A DNA stretch of 64,000 bases, from the IMG/VR virus record IMGVR_UViG_3300033150_000619; one strand, given 5' to 3'. The position numbers and the translations under genes were made by a program. Positions 18,596-27,560 of the stretch are shown piece after piece (position 1 is the first letter of the stretch; each line of letters begins with the position of its first letter). The stretch is from a virus. Its lineage: Duplodnaviria > Heunggongvirae > Uroviricota > Caudoviricetes. The notes beneath the pieces are model-generated. The model made no database searches. It was not told the origin of the DNA and worked only from the letters and a program-made list of their open reading frames with translations.

Positions 18596-19705
18596 ATGTA
18601 CTCACTGAAGTCCCTTGAGGAACTACAGCTGAAAACCTCAGACATAACTGATATTCTCCCTAAGAGAATGTCTGATTTTGTTGAGCAGGAAGCTCGTAGG
18701 GTGAGGTATGGTAGACAACTACTCAGGATGAATACCCAGCTACTGGGTACGAAGGGTAGATCAGTTCACCTGCCAAAAAGGGGAAGTATCAGTGCTGTAA
18801 GGCTGTCTGAAGCATCCACTCCGACCGAGCAGAACGTTAGTTGGGCAACCACTGAGGTTACTCCTTTTAAGTTAGGTAGCCAGCTCTACATCACTCAGGA
18901 GTCTATTGACGGAACTGAGATAGATGTGATAAACGGTTCCATCGAAGAGACAGGTATAGCCCTGGCTGTTAAGGAAGATGATGAAATCTTCTCTGAGATG
19001 CTGGGTCGTCAACCTGACCCAGTTGCCGATGGGAACGGTATATGGACCTGGACTGCAGAGAGTGATAACTTCACTGGTGACGGTTCAACAACTAAGTTTA
19101 CTCTGTCTAACAGTCCCGTTATTGAGATGTCTACGGTTACTGTTAACGCTGTAGCAACTACTGCGTTTACTGTAGACTATTATGACGGTGAGATAAACTT
19201 CACTACTGCGCCGACCTCTGGTCATGCAATTGTAGTGAACTACTGGTATTCAGAGAGAACGAATTACCAGCGTGCCAACACCGCAGCTTCCTTCAAGTAT
19301 GAAGACATCGTAGCTGCTAAGACAACCATGAGATCTAACAAGATAGCGTGTGACGTTGTGGTTCTGAATCCCGACGAATACGCAGACATCCTGTTGGACA
19401 GCAGGTTCGTTGATGTCAGTCAGTATGGTTCTCGTGAAGGAATACTGAATGGTGAGATAGGGCAAATCGCCGGTGTTAAGGTTCTTGTAACAACTGCTAT
19501 GCCTTCGGGTACTGCTCTGTTCCTTGCAACAACAAGGGCAGGATGGTACGTCCTGAAGAGAAACGTAGATGTTAAGAGGAAGGAAAGTCAGGAAACTGAC
19601 TCATACAAGTTCTTCTTCTACTTCGAGTTTGCTCCAAAGATTACCGATGACAATGCGGTCGTAGTGTCTGTTAACCACGCCAGCAACGCAGCAGATATAG
19701 CCTAA
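18596..19705 (+). CDS. Major capsid protein (HK97 fold) with inserted beta-domain
   Basis: SVHLPK, E...P......W....VTP.KLG....IT.E, A..ED.EI, VV.NP..YADI, GEIG.I.GVKV.V pattern. Strong leader ACAGGAGGGAGAGAC. Confidence 0.9.
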   Translation: MYSLKSLEELQLKTSDITDILPKRMSDFVEQEARRVRYGRQLLRMNTQLLGTKGRSVHLPKRGSISAVRLSEASTPTEQNVSWATTEVTPFKLGSQLYITQESIDGTEIDVINGSIEETGIALAVKEDDEIFSEMLGRQPDPVADGNGIWTWTAESDNFTGDGSTTKFTLSNSPVIEMSTVTVNAVATTAFTVDYYDGEINFTTAPTSGHAIVVNYWYSERTNYQRANTAASFKYEDIVAAKTTMRSNKIACDVVVLNPDEYADILLDSRFVDVSQYGSREGILNGEIGQIAGVKVLVTTAMPSGTALFLATTRAGWYVLKRNVDVKRKESQETDSYKFFFYFEFAPKITDDNAVVVSVNHASNAADIA

Positions 19706-19854
19706 GCTCTATAGTTCCTCATTTATTTAATTGAGGACTCTGCTCCTGAGAGGAGTTGGGTCTAACACCTATTCTTAATATAACATACCATCCGTTTTAT
19801 TCCATGTTTTGTACATTTATATTCTAGGGTACTGAATTACATGTAGGTGATAAG

Positions 19855-20115
19855 ATGCCAGGCGAAATAGGTAAAGGTCAACAGTGGGAGGGCGCAAGCG
19901 AGCGTGTGTCACAGCTATTCTTCTGGATAGGTCAGGTAGATGGTTCTGGTAGGGTTACTATTCCATCTACTCTCAGGACATTATTGGGTATTAGTAGCAG
20001 TGACTATGTGAGATGTCACGTCACTAAGTTGAGTGGTGTCCCATCTGGGGAGACTGCTGAGACCATACATGACCCGGTACATGCTGCAAAGCAAAGAAGG
20101 CACGTGGATGAGTAG
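19855..20115 (+). CDS. AbrB/MazE/SpoVT-family DNA-binding protein
   Basis: GQVDGSGRVTIPSTLRTLLGI..SDYV is the typical swapped-hairpin signature. Confidence 0.8.
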   Translation: MPGEIGKGQQWEGASERVSQLFFWIGQVDGSGRVTIPSTLRTLLGISSSDYVRCHVTKLSGVPSGETAETIHDPVHAAKQRRHVDE

Positions 20116-20205
20116 TTCCGCTAGTAGCGAACATAAAGCCTAGTAAATGGCTTTATCCCAGACTCTTTATATTTCCTTAACATTATTCTTTTATAGGAGA
20201 GACAG

Positions 20206-20850
20206 ATGACTAGTGGAAGATATTGTACAGCACACGATGTTAGAACGTTTACTGGACTATCTAAAGTAGATGCTGATGACTTGGATTTAGAGGATTTCCT
20301 TGATCCGGCTACTAAAGCAGTTATTGAGCAGATAACAGTAAGCAAGGATTGGGAAATACTCAGCGGTACTGAAGATAGCACCATATGGTATACTACTAAG
20401 TATCCTATAGCAGATGTAGATGGTGATAATACTGTGGATACCTCTGACGTAAAGATATATGAATGGTCTGATGTCAATGATGCCAGTACAAAGTCTGAGA
20501 TTACGTCATTTACTGTTACGGCTAGTGAAGGTAAGATAACATTGACTACTGCACCTGCATATGATACCATCACTGCTAACTACAGATATTATCCAAATCA
20601 GGTGGACTTAGATCTACTTAAGCACCTAACTGCTCTATACTGTGGATATCTGTATACATTTACCAAGTGGGTATGGATACCCGATACCTATCAGCTGGGT
20701 CCTGTTAGAGCTAGGAACCTAATACCCATGTGGGAGAAGATATACAAAGAGTATGTAAGATTACTACAGCTAGTTCAGAAGAGACAGTATGCTGTCAGGG
20801 AACCCTACATAAAGAAATCTCTGGAGTCTATGGATAAGGTGGTTAGATAA
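20206..20850 (+). CDS. Head-tail adaptor (gp6/gp15-like) with inserted beta-domain
   Basis: YCT..DVR N-terminus, helical C-terminus and position after MCP. Confidence 0.75.
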   Translation: MTSGRYCTAHDVRTFTGLSKVDADDLDLEDFLDPATKAVIEQITVSKDWEILSGTEDSTIWYTTKYPIADVDGDNTVDTSDVKIYEWSDVNDASTKSEITSFTVTASEGKITLTTAPAYDTITANYRYYPNQVDLDLLKHLTALYCGYLYTFTKWVWIPDTYQLGPVRARNLIPMWEKIYKEYVRLLQLVQKRQYAVREPYIKKSLESMDKVVR

Positions 20851-20918
20851 TGGATCTAAACTACTTATTTCTGGTATCAGAGTCGACAGCTCTATGGTAT
20901 GGAGGATAAAGGAAAGGA

Positions 20919-21329
20919 ATGACTACTATCAACCTAGATATACTAATGAGACGCCTGCTACGACAGACAATTACAATAAGTAAGCTTACTGAAGTTGAGA
21001 CTTCTGCTCCTTATGGTTCAGTGAGGAGAACTAGGACAGACTATGATGTTAGAGGAGCGGTATATACCAATCCCATGGAGTACAGTTACTGGACTACTTT
21101 AGGTGGGATGGACTATGGTGAAGCTAGAGGTTTCTTCTTCAAAGAATATGAGAAGGACACGGGAGAACCTCCACATGGAGTTCCTGAACCAGAGAATCTC
21201 ATTGTTATAGAAGAGTCTGATTGGGTTACTGATGAAAATGGAGTAGAGTGGGAGATTACTAGGCTAAACTATCATACAGAGTGGGGCTATACTGTAGTAG
21301 AAGCTATACTGAGGAGGAGAACTGCATAA
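20919..21329 (+). CDS. Head-closure/stopper protein
   Basis: QTITI.....YG....D..V.DENG.EWEI pattern and synteny. Confidence 0.65.
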   Translation: MTTINLDILMRRLLRQTITISKLTEVETSAPYGSVRRTRTDYDVRGAVYTNPMEYSYWTTLGGMDYGEARGFFFKEYEKDTGEPPHGVPEPENLIVIEESDWVTDENGVEWEITRLNYHTEWGYTVVEAILRRRTA

Positions 21330-21961
21330 TGGGTGGTATAGAGTTTACATTTACTCCTGTGCCGGTAAAGCCCAAGAGGAGTAGACAACCAAATAGTAAG
21401 TGGAGAATGTTTGCAGATGCATTTGCTACATTTAGAGGCACTCTTCCCCACCGTATGAAGGTTAGGTCGAATACAAAGAGGTTGGAACTGATACGATGGT
21501 TAGAGGAACAAGAACCAGAACTAAAGGGAGCGTACACTTCAACTCTACTAGACTGGTCGAAGGGACATGAGATACAGATAAGGTGTAGGACTGAGTTAGC
21601 AGAGGCTGTAGCTAGAAAGCAGTTTGGTTATCCAGATAGACCAGGAGACGCACCTAAACCTATTACGTTCACCTCACCTGAGAAGATAGCTGAGGTACTG
21701 TCAGAGATGTTGACAGAAAGGGCGGTGTGGGAAGCTATGGGCAAGTACAGAGGAACTGGTAGGAGTAATCCCTTTGGGAAGGCAGCAGAAGAGAAGTTAC
21801 TTAGAGAAGGTAAACTGATAAGACGTGGACCTATCGGTGGTTCTCCAGGTACTCATTATATAGACACTATGATACAAAACAGACTACCCGATATTAGGGA
21901 GAACTTTGCGTCTGTTGTAAGGAAGACCTTCAGGGATTCCTTTAGGAAGGTGATCAAATGA
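21329..21961 (+). CDS. Neck/tail-completion protein (HK97 gp10-like position)
   Basis: Likely start is the ATG overlapping the previous TAA (TAATG at 21327-21331). PG...HYIDT motif near the C-terminus. Synteny. Confidence 0.6.
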   Translation: MGGIEFTFTPVPVKPKRSRQPNSKWRMFADAFATFRGTLPHRMKVRSNTKRLELIRWLEEQEPELKGAYTSTLLDWSKGHEIQIRCRTELAEAVARKQFGYPDRPGDAPKPITFTSPEKIAEVLSEMLTERAVWEAMGKYRGTGRSNPFGKAAEEKLLREGKLIRRGPIGGSPGTHYIDTMIQNRLPDIRENFASVVRKTFRDSFRKVIK

Positions 21962-22431
21962 GCTTCTTTAGAACTAACATTAGTGGATTGGTAACATATC
22001 TTAGGAGCAATTGTACACCAGTTGGTATTAACAAGACACAAGAACTGTTCTATGTTGGATACCCTCGTTACGATCCTGTTGAGTTCCCATTAGTAGCTAT
22101 AACTCAGGGTGGTGGATCCGGTGACAGGATGTCTATGGGTGATCAGGGAAATAGATATACTGAAATATATCAGGTAGATATTTATACAGACTCTGATGCT
22201 GAGGCTGATATTGGTGGTGGAGTCTACTACACACAGAATGAACTTGTTAACTATATTGGAGCAGAGATCAACAGTACCATTAGGGATGAGAGATGTACCA
22301 TAACTGATACGCTCAATTGGATAGATATATGGATATCAGCTCCACCGAGGATTATGCCTTACAATGAGGACTTAGATCTGTATAGAGGTATAATGAGATT
22401 AACAATACAGTACAACGATCCTAAGACATAG
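21958..22431 (+). CDS. Tail terminator protein
   Basis: FP.VAI......YQVDIY...YRG...L.IQY pattern, directly before the tail tube gene. Confidence 0.7.
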   Translation: MSFFRTNISGLVTYLRSNCTPVGINKTQELFYVGYPRYDPVEFPLVAITQGGGSGDRMSMGDQGNRYTEIYQVDIYTDSDAEADIGGGVYYTQNELVNYIGAEINSTIRDERCTITDTLNWIDIWISAPPRIMPYNEDLDLYRGIMRLTIQYNDPKT

Positions 22432-22486
22432 GGATATTCTTATTTATATCGGAAGTACTTAGAATTATAGGAGGGAGAGATTTAGT

Positions 22487-22933
22487 ATGTCTCAATGGCA
22501 AACCATGACCAAGTCCTATAAGGGAGTTAACGCAAAGATATACATCCCAGAAGTAGATAATGTATATCCCTGTGCTTATGCCGAGAGCGCATCAGTAGAT
22601 ATAGCATCTAACATAGAGGGTGCATATACACTAGGTTCAGGCGCTGCGGCTACTATGACTGCTGGCAATATCGAGATCAGTGGAACTCTATCTGGCTATT
22701 GGATTGATACTGAGTTTATTCAATTGATGCAGAGAGATGCATGTTGGGCAATGTCTCAGGAGTTTACAATGCTATTCTATTCGAACCAGTGTCAGGCATC
22801 TGGTGCACCTTATATGAGATTGACTGGTTGTAAGGCAGATGGGCTATCGTTTGACTTTAGTCAGGATGGATTCCTAATGCACGATCTGGACTTTGTCTGT
22901 ACGGACTGGGCATACGGTACTTACACTGCGTAA
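22487..22933 (+). CDS. Major tail tube protein
   Basis: YTLGS......AGNIEISGTLS..W....RLTGCK.....FDF..DG...DLDF. Has its own TATA-like element and leader. Confidence 0.8.
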   Translation: MSQWQTMTKSYKGVNAKIYIPEVDNVYPCAYAESASVDIASNIEGAYTLGSGAAATMTAGNIEISGTLSGYWIDTEFIQLMQRDACWAMSQEFTMLFYSNQCQASGAPYMRLTGCKADGLSFDFSQDGFLMHDLDFVCTDWAYGTYTA

Positions 22934-22970
22934 GTTCCTTATCCCTAACTAAATACTCTCTAAATGAAAG

Positions 22971-23345
22971 GTGAAAGAGATGAGTAAAGAAGGAAATATA
23001 CTGACACTGGATGAGCTTCTTGGTAGAGATGAGGACAGGACCAAGACAGTCTTTGTTGAGGAGCTCGGTGGTTCTATAGTCATTCGTAAACTAACCCTAG
23101 GAGATCTGGCTAAGGTCAATGCCTTTAATAGATCTAAGGGTTGGGAAGATGATGATATGCGTAGCACCATCGGCATCATACAAAGGGGTGTTGCTAATCC
23201 CGAGATGCAGTACTCACAGGTAGAATCCCTACCTATCCGAAAGGCAACAGCCATCGTCAGTGCAATAACTGACTTTGCAGGCTGGACACCTGAGGCATTG
23301 GAGTCAGCCAGAAATTTATCAGATCAGACGACGGAGTCTACTTAG
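22971..23345 (+). CDS. Tail assembly chaperone (gpG-like); probable true start ATG at 22980
   Basis: V.VEELGGSIVIRKLT pattern, between tail tube and tape measure genes. Confidence 0.8.
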   Translation: MKEMSKEGNILTLDELLGRDEDRTKTVFVEELGGSIVIRKLTLGDLAKVNAFNRSKGWEDDDMRSTIGIIQRGVANPEMQYSQVESLPIRKATAIVSAITDFAGWTPEALESARNLSDQTTEST

Positions 23346-23506
23346 TAATAGCCACTATGCTCCACGCTGGGTGGACTTACGAGTACATGGCTAGTTTAGA
23401 TGCTGTACAGTTAGTAGCTGCTGTAGAAGCGTATGCCAGAACAAAGGAAGAAGAGATAAATCTCATGGCATCGTTACTAGGAGTGAAAATGAAGGGAGGG
23501 AGATAG
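23312..23506 (+). other. Programmed -1 frameshift site (A AAT TTA, 23312-23318) and gpT-like extension to TAG at 23504-23506
   Basis: Canonical X XXY YYZ heptamer in the correct phase. The -1 frame stays open (FIRSDDGVYLVIATMLHAGWTYEYMASL...KGGR) up to the tape-measure ATG at 23507. Confidence 0.8.
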
Positions 23507-26464
23507 ATGTCTGAAAAGCCAGTAGTAGATCTTCTTATCAAAGTCAGGACTAATTTCAGTTCAGCCCTTTCAAGTGTTAAGAAGTTAGAGACCAAGGTAA
23601 GAGGTTTACTCGACACCGTTGAACGTTTAGAGGCTAAGCGTGTTACTTTAGATATAGATACCTCAGGTGTCACTCTCTCCATCAAACAGGCACAGAACGA
23701 ACTAGAGACACTCCATAAGCTAATGGAGAAGGCTAAGACAGGTAGGATCACTGAGAAAGAACTGAAGCAGATGAAAGAGACAGCACAACAACTGTTCCTA
23801 CAAGCGAAGGTTAAGGATCATCATCTAAAGTTAGCAGAGAAGGCATTAGAGAAGGAAAAGGAATCTGTTAGGTATGCACACGACCTCATAGAGGTAGAGA
23901 GGCGTAAAACATCAGAGGCTAGTAGACAAGTAGATACACTGAAGCAGATAGTAAGGACTGGAGGAGATATAGTAGACCAGACTAAGATCATGGATTGGGG
24001 TCCTGAGAAGTTAAAGGCTCTATTAGAAATGACCGGTAAGATGCCTGAGCTAAGTAAGGAATGGGCAGATGCAGTTGCCCTAGGTGGGAAGGAATACAAG
24101 AAACTCCTACAGTATCAGAAATGGACCTTACCAGAAGTTAGAGATTACATAAACATTCTATATGATGGACAAAGAGCACTGTCTAGGTCTAAGAAGGAGC
24201 TGGACTATCACTTAGATACTATGACAGACCTGAAGAAAGCTGGTAAGGTAACTACTGAGCAATTTGAGAGATACAAGGCTGTAACTACGGAAACCGGTGC
24301 CCGTTTAGATGATACAAGGATTGCATTGAATAGATTCCAGAAGTTATCTGAGGACACTGCTAACCTTACTACACGTATAGCTAAGGAAGGAGGTCCTCTA
24401 CCATACTACCAAAGCACATTGAGAGTCCTAGATGATATTTTAAAGTATAGGAGTGAGAAGTTTCCGTTCTTCAGGACATTCCGTCTACCTAAGTCCTTAG
24501 TAGAGGACATGGTCCAGATAACACACGGTATGGAGAATTCTATAGATATATCTGAGAAGTGGCTTGGTACGATCAAGAATACTATAGGCACGGCACTGAC
24601 CTACACAGGTCAGTTTGATAGACGTATGAGATATCTATCTAGAGACCTGTATATCTTTGGTCTATACTTTGATAGGTTAGGAAAAAGTGCAGTAGCTAGG
24701 TTTAAGCAGCTGATACAGACCAGCTCAGACTTAGAGGGAGCATTCGAGGATCTAGGTATCGCTGGTAGTGATGCAATGGAACCTATAATGGAGTCTATTG
24801 CTCCAATTGTCGAAGACGTTGCAGAAGTTGTAGAGGGTATAGCAGACTTTACAGAGAATATGCCAGGCAGGGGAGCAGTAGGTACTATTATACTGTTGGG
24901 CACTGTGTTCCTATCACTGTTCGGTACATTAATGAGAGGGTTATCTGTCATTAACCTGTTCAAGAACTCTGCAATGGTTATGATAGGACAACAGAAGGAG
25001 TTAGCGGCAGCACAAGCAGACCATGAGAGACACTTGTACAACCTTGGTATTCAGATGCAGAGTACAATTGAGAAACTTAAGGTACTAAGGGAGATGGGTG
25101 TAGATGAAGCAGAAGTCCTTAAGGTAATGGAACATGACTTCAGGGTTCTTGATGGTGAGATAAATAGAGTACGCCAAGAGATGGTTAGCTTTGGTGGAGA
25201 TACCAGTAGAACCTTATTGCTGTTGGCGGCAGGCATCGACACATTCATACGGAAAGTAAAAGCTGGTGAGATAGATAGGATAGGATTGGCTACTAAGTTA
25301 GGTATGGATGATGCTAGAGAGAGTCTATATGCCGTTAACTCGACCATGGAGGTTTTCAGAAGGAGATCTCTGGAAGGGGAAGAAGGTATACTCTCTGTTG
25401 CTAAGGCACTTAGTGGTATATTACTTGGGAAGGAGGTAGCACCTAAAGAAGATATTCTAAAGGAATTAGGGTATGACCAAAAGGTACTGGCTGAACAGAC
25501 TTCAGCATTAACAAAGAGGACTAAGAGATCAGCATCTGCTAATCTTAGATGGACCGGCAGTGCGTTTGGTATGATGGTTACAGGTGGACTGACCACTGCT
25601 ATGATGACGGAGATGGCTGGTGCAACAGATAGTCTAGGTGCTGGCTTTACCAATCTATTACAACCATTCCAACCTCTATTCGAAGCATTTGAGAGATTTA
25701 CTGAATGGTTTGAGGATATCACAGAGAATATGCCTGGTTGGGGGAAGGCATTAGCCGGTGTGGGATTAATACTTGGTGGTGGTGCAATAGGGGGGGTATT
25801 AACTCAAGCTATGAGTGCTTTATCTACAAAACTGTGGGGAATACTGTTTGGTAAGTCTATGGTTGATGCAGCTGGCGCAGCAAATGTCCCAGGACTACTA
25901 TCTCCAATAATTACTAAGGCAATGGCTGTATTCAGTGGATTTGCTACCTGGTTAGGAGGTATACTATCAGCAACCTTCTTAGGTATTCCTGTTATTGGGT
26001 GGATAGCAGGTGTAGTGCTAGCTATTGGATTGATATGGTTAGCATGGAAGAATAACTGGGGCAACATCAGGGAAAAGACTAAAGCTGTACTAGATGATAT
26101 CAGGGGCTGGTTAGAGAGTATAAGTAACTGGATACGTAAGCATCTTACTGAGCCTATCAATGAGTTCTTTGATAGAATTACAGGTGGAGGGGGACCTGCG
26201 GTTACTAAACCGGGTTATGTAACTCCGAATGTGCCTGGGCTGCAGACAGGCGGAATAGTTCAGAGAGCTGGTCTCTTTAGTCTACATCCAGGGGAGACTA
26301 TACTTCCATCTAATATGACGAGGGACTTGAGTAGAAGCAGTATTACTAACCACATCTATGTCACAGTAGCTATTGATAGAAGTGTAGCTAGTAGCATAGA
26401 TGAGAATACAATAGGACGTATTGTCTCAGATCACATAGCTAGGCAGTTGGGGAGGAGGATATAA
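23507..26464 (+). CDS. Tape measure protein
   Basis: 985 aa, helical, with hydrophobic Gly/Ala-rich segments and the C-terminal LQTGGIV..AG...LHPGE.ILP motif. Confidence 0.9.
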   Translation: MSEKPVVDLLIKVRTNFSSALSSVKKLETKVRGLLDTVERLEAKRVTLDIDTSGVTLSIKQAQNELETLHKLMEKAKTGRITEKELKQMKETAQQLFLQAKVKDHHLKLAEKALEKEKESVRYAHDLIEVERRKTSEASRQVDTLKQIVRTGGDIVDQTKIMDWGPEKLKALLEMTGKMPELSKEWADAVALGGKEYKKLLQYQKWTLPEVRDYINILYDGQRALSRSKKELDYHLDTMTDLKKAGKVTTEQFERYKAVTTETGARLDDTRIALNRFQKLSEDTANLTTRIAKEGGPLPYYQSTLRVLDDILKYRSEKFPFFRTFRLPKSLVEDMVQITHGMENSIDISEKWLGTIKNTIGTALTYTGQFDRRMRYLSRDLYIFGLYFDRLGKSAVARFKQLIQTSSDLEGAFEDLGIAGSDAMEPIMESIAPIVEDVAEVVEGIADFTENMPGRGAVGTIILLGTVFLSLFGTLMRGLSVINLFKNSAMVMIGQQKELAAAQADHERHLYNLGIQMQSTIEKLKVLREMGVDEAEVLKVMEHDFRVLDGEINRVRQEMVSFGGDTSRTLLLLAAGIDTFIRKVKAGEIDRIGLATKLGMDDARESLYAVNSTMEVFRRRSLEGEEGILSVAKALSGILLGKEVAPKEDILKELGYDQKVLAEQTSALTKRTKRSASANLRWTGSAFGMMVTGGLTTAMMTEMAGATDSLGAGFTNLLQPFQPLFEAFERFTEWFEDITENMPGWGKALAGVGLILGGGAIGGVLTQAMSALSTKLWGILFGKSMVDAAGAANVPGLLSPIITKAMAVFSGFATWLGGILSATFLGIPVIGWIAGVVLAIGLIWLAWKNNWGNIREKTKAVLDDIRGWLESISNWIRKHLTEPINEFFDRITGGGGPAVTKPGYVTPNVPGLQTGGIVQRAGLFSLHPGETILPSNMTRDLSRSSITNHIYVTVAIDRSVASSIDENTIGRIVSDHIARQLGRRI

Positions 26465-27549
26465 TGTCATGCACACCGGTACTTAGATTACTACCATACG
26501 ACTATGAGAGGTATGCACAGGTATGGGGAACAGTTAGTAACTCTGATCTATGGCTTACCCTCATCGACGGACAGAGTGCAGGGGTTAACGACATACGCGT
26601 AGATACTAAGGAGGAGAAGAGACTCACCAGCTATAAGTATGTCAGAACAGGTAAGAATACAGAAACTGGGAAGGGAGGAGATAAGACAAGGATTAAGCGT
26701 ATCAGACCGAAGGATAGGAAGAAGGAGAACTTAGACATACAGATTAGTGGATGGTTGCAGGGTGATAATGCTAAGAGAACTGCTGGTCTGATCAACTACT
26801 ATGCTAACAAAGCTAATCTGGCAATGCTCCTTGTTACAAATCAGGTAGACTTCATAGACTCTATGGGCGGACCTAGGTTAGACTCTACACACGAATGGAG
26901 CTTTGATACAGCAGCTGACTTTACAGCCGGTCCAACTGGTAGTTTAGACACAACTGACGTATCTACCCGGACAGATGATTTTGTCGAAGGAAACGGGTCT
27001 GTTAGATATTATGAGATATCTCCTACCTCAGGTGGTCTCCATATACTTCGTTATAATCCCAGCTCAACCATGAGCATGCTAGGCAACTACTTCCATTTCT
27101 GGTTCAAATGTGATCATGACCATGACTCTATGGATAAGTTTACCTTCCAGATAATGGATACTGATGGAGACAGCGTGTACATTGATTTTGCAGGAGATGC
27201 GGTGTCCAATCCTCTGCAGCCCTTTAAGAGCAACACATGGACTAGGATAGTGATCTACAAACAGGATATGACAGAGATGGGAACGTTTAATGCAACTAGT
27301 GTTGACTACGTTGATTGGGAGATAGACCTGAAAGCTGGTGACAGCGGTGCCTTTACTGTATGGGTAGATTATCTAGATAGCTTTACTCATTATGATGGTA
27401 GTACTACGTTAAAGAATCAGGGAGCTAAGAGAGACTTCCCATTCTTTACTATTGAGCAGGCTCAGGTAACTAAGAGAGCCGGTGTACAGAATGATAGATA
27501 CGAGTACACCATAGTGTTAAAGAGGATACTGGATCCACCATATGGTTAA
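26464..27549 (+). CDS. Distal tail (Dit-like) protein with inserted beta-sandwich domain
   Basis: Immediately follows the tape measure gene. IQISGWL and YEYTIVL strands flank a carbohydrate-binding-like insert. Confidence 0.6.
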   Translation: MSCTPVLRLLPYDYERYAQVWGTVSNSDLWLTLIDGQSAGVNDIRVDTKEEKRLTSYKYVRTGKNTETGKGGDKTRIKRIRPKDRKKENLDIQISGWLQGDNAKRTAGLINYYANKANLAMLLVTNQVDFIDSMGGPRLDSTHEWSFDTAADFTAGPTGSLDTTDVSTRTDDFVEGNGSVRYYEISPTSGGLHILRYNPSSTMSMLGNYFHFWFKCDHDHDSMDKFTFQIMDTDGDSVYIDFAGDAVSNPLQPFKSNTWTRIVIYKQDMTEMGTFNATSVDYVDWEIDLKAGDSGAFTVWVDYLDSFTHYDGSTTLKNQGAKRDFPFFTIEQAQVTKRAGVQNDRYEYTIVLKRILDPPYG

Positions 27550-27560
27550 AAGTGATATAG

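Noticed and set aside
20850-20910. 19-codon ORF between adaptor and stopper genes
   Set aside because: Too short, with no supporting motif.
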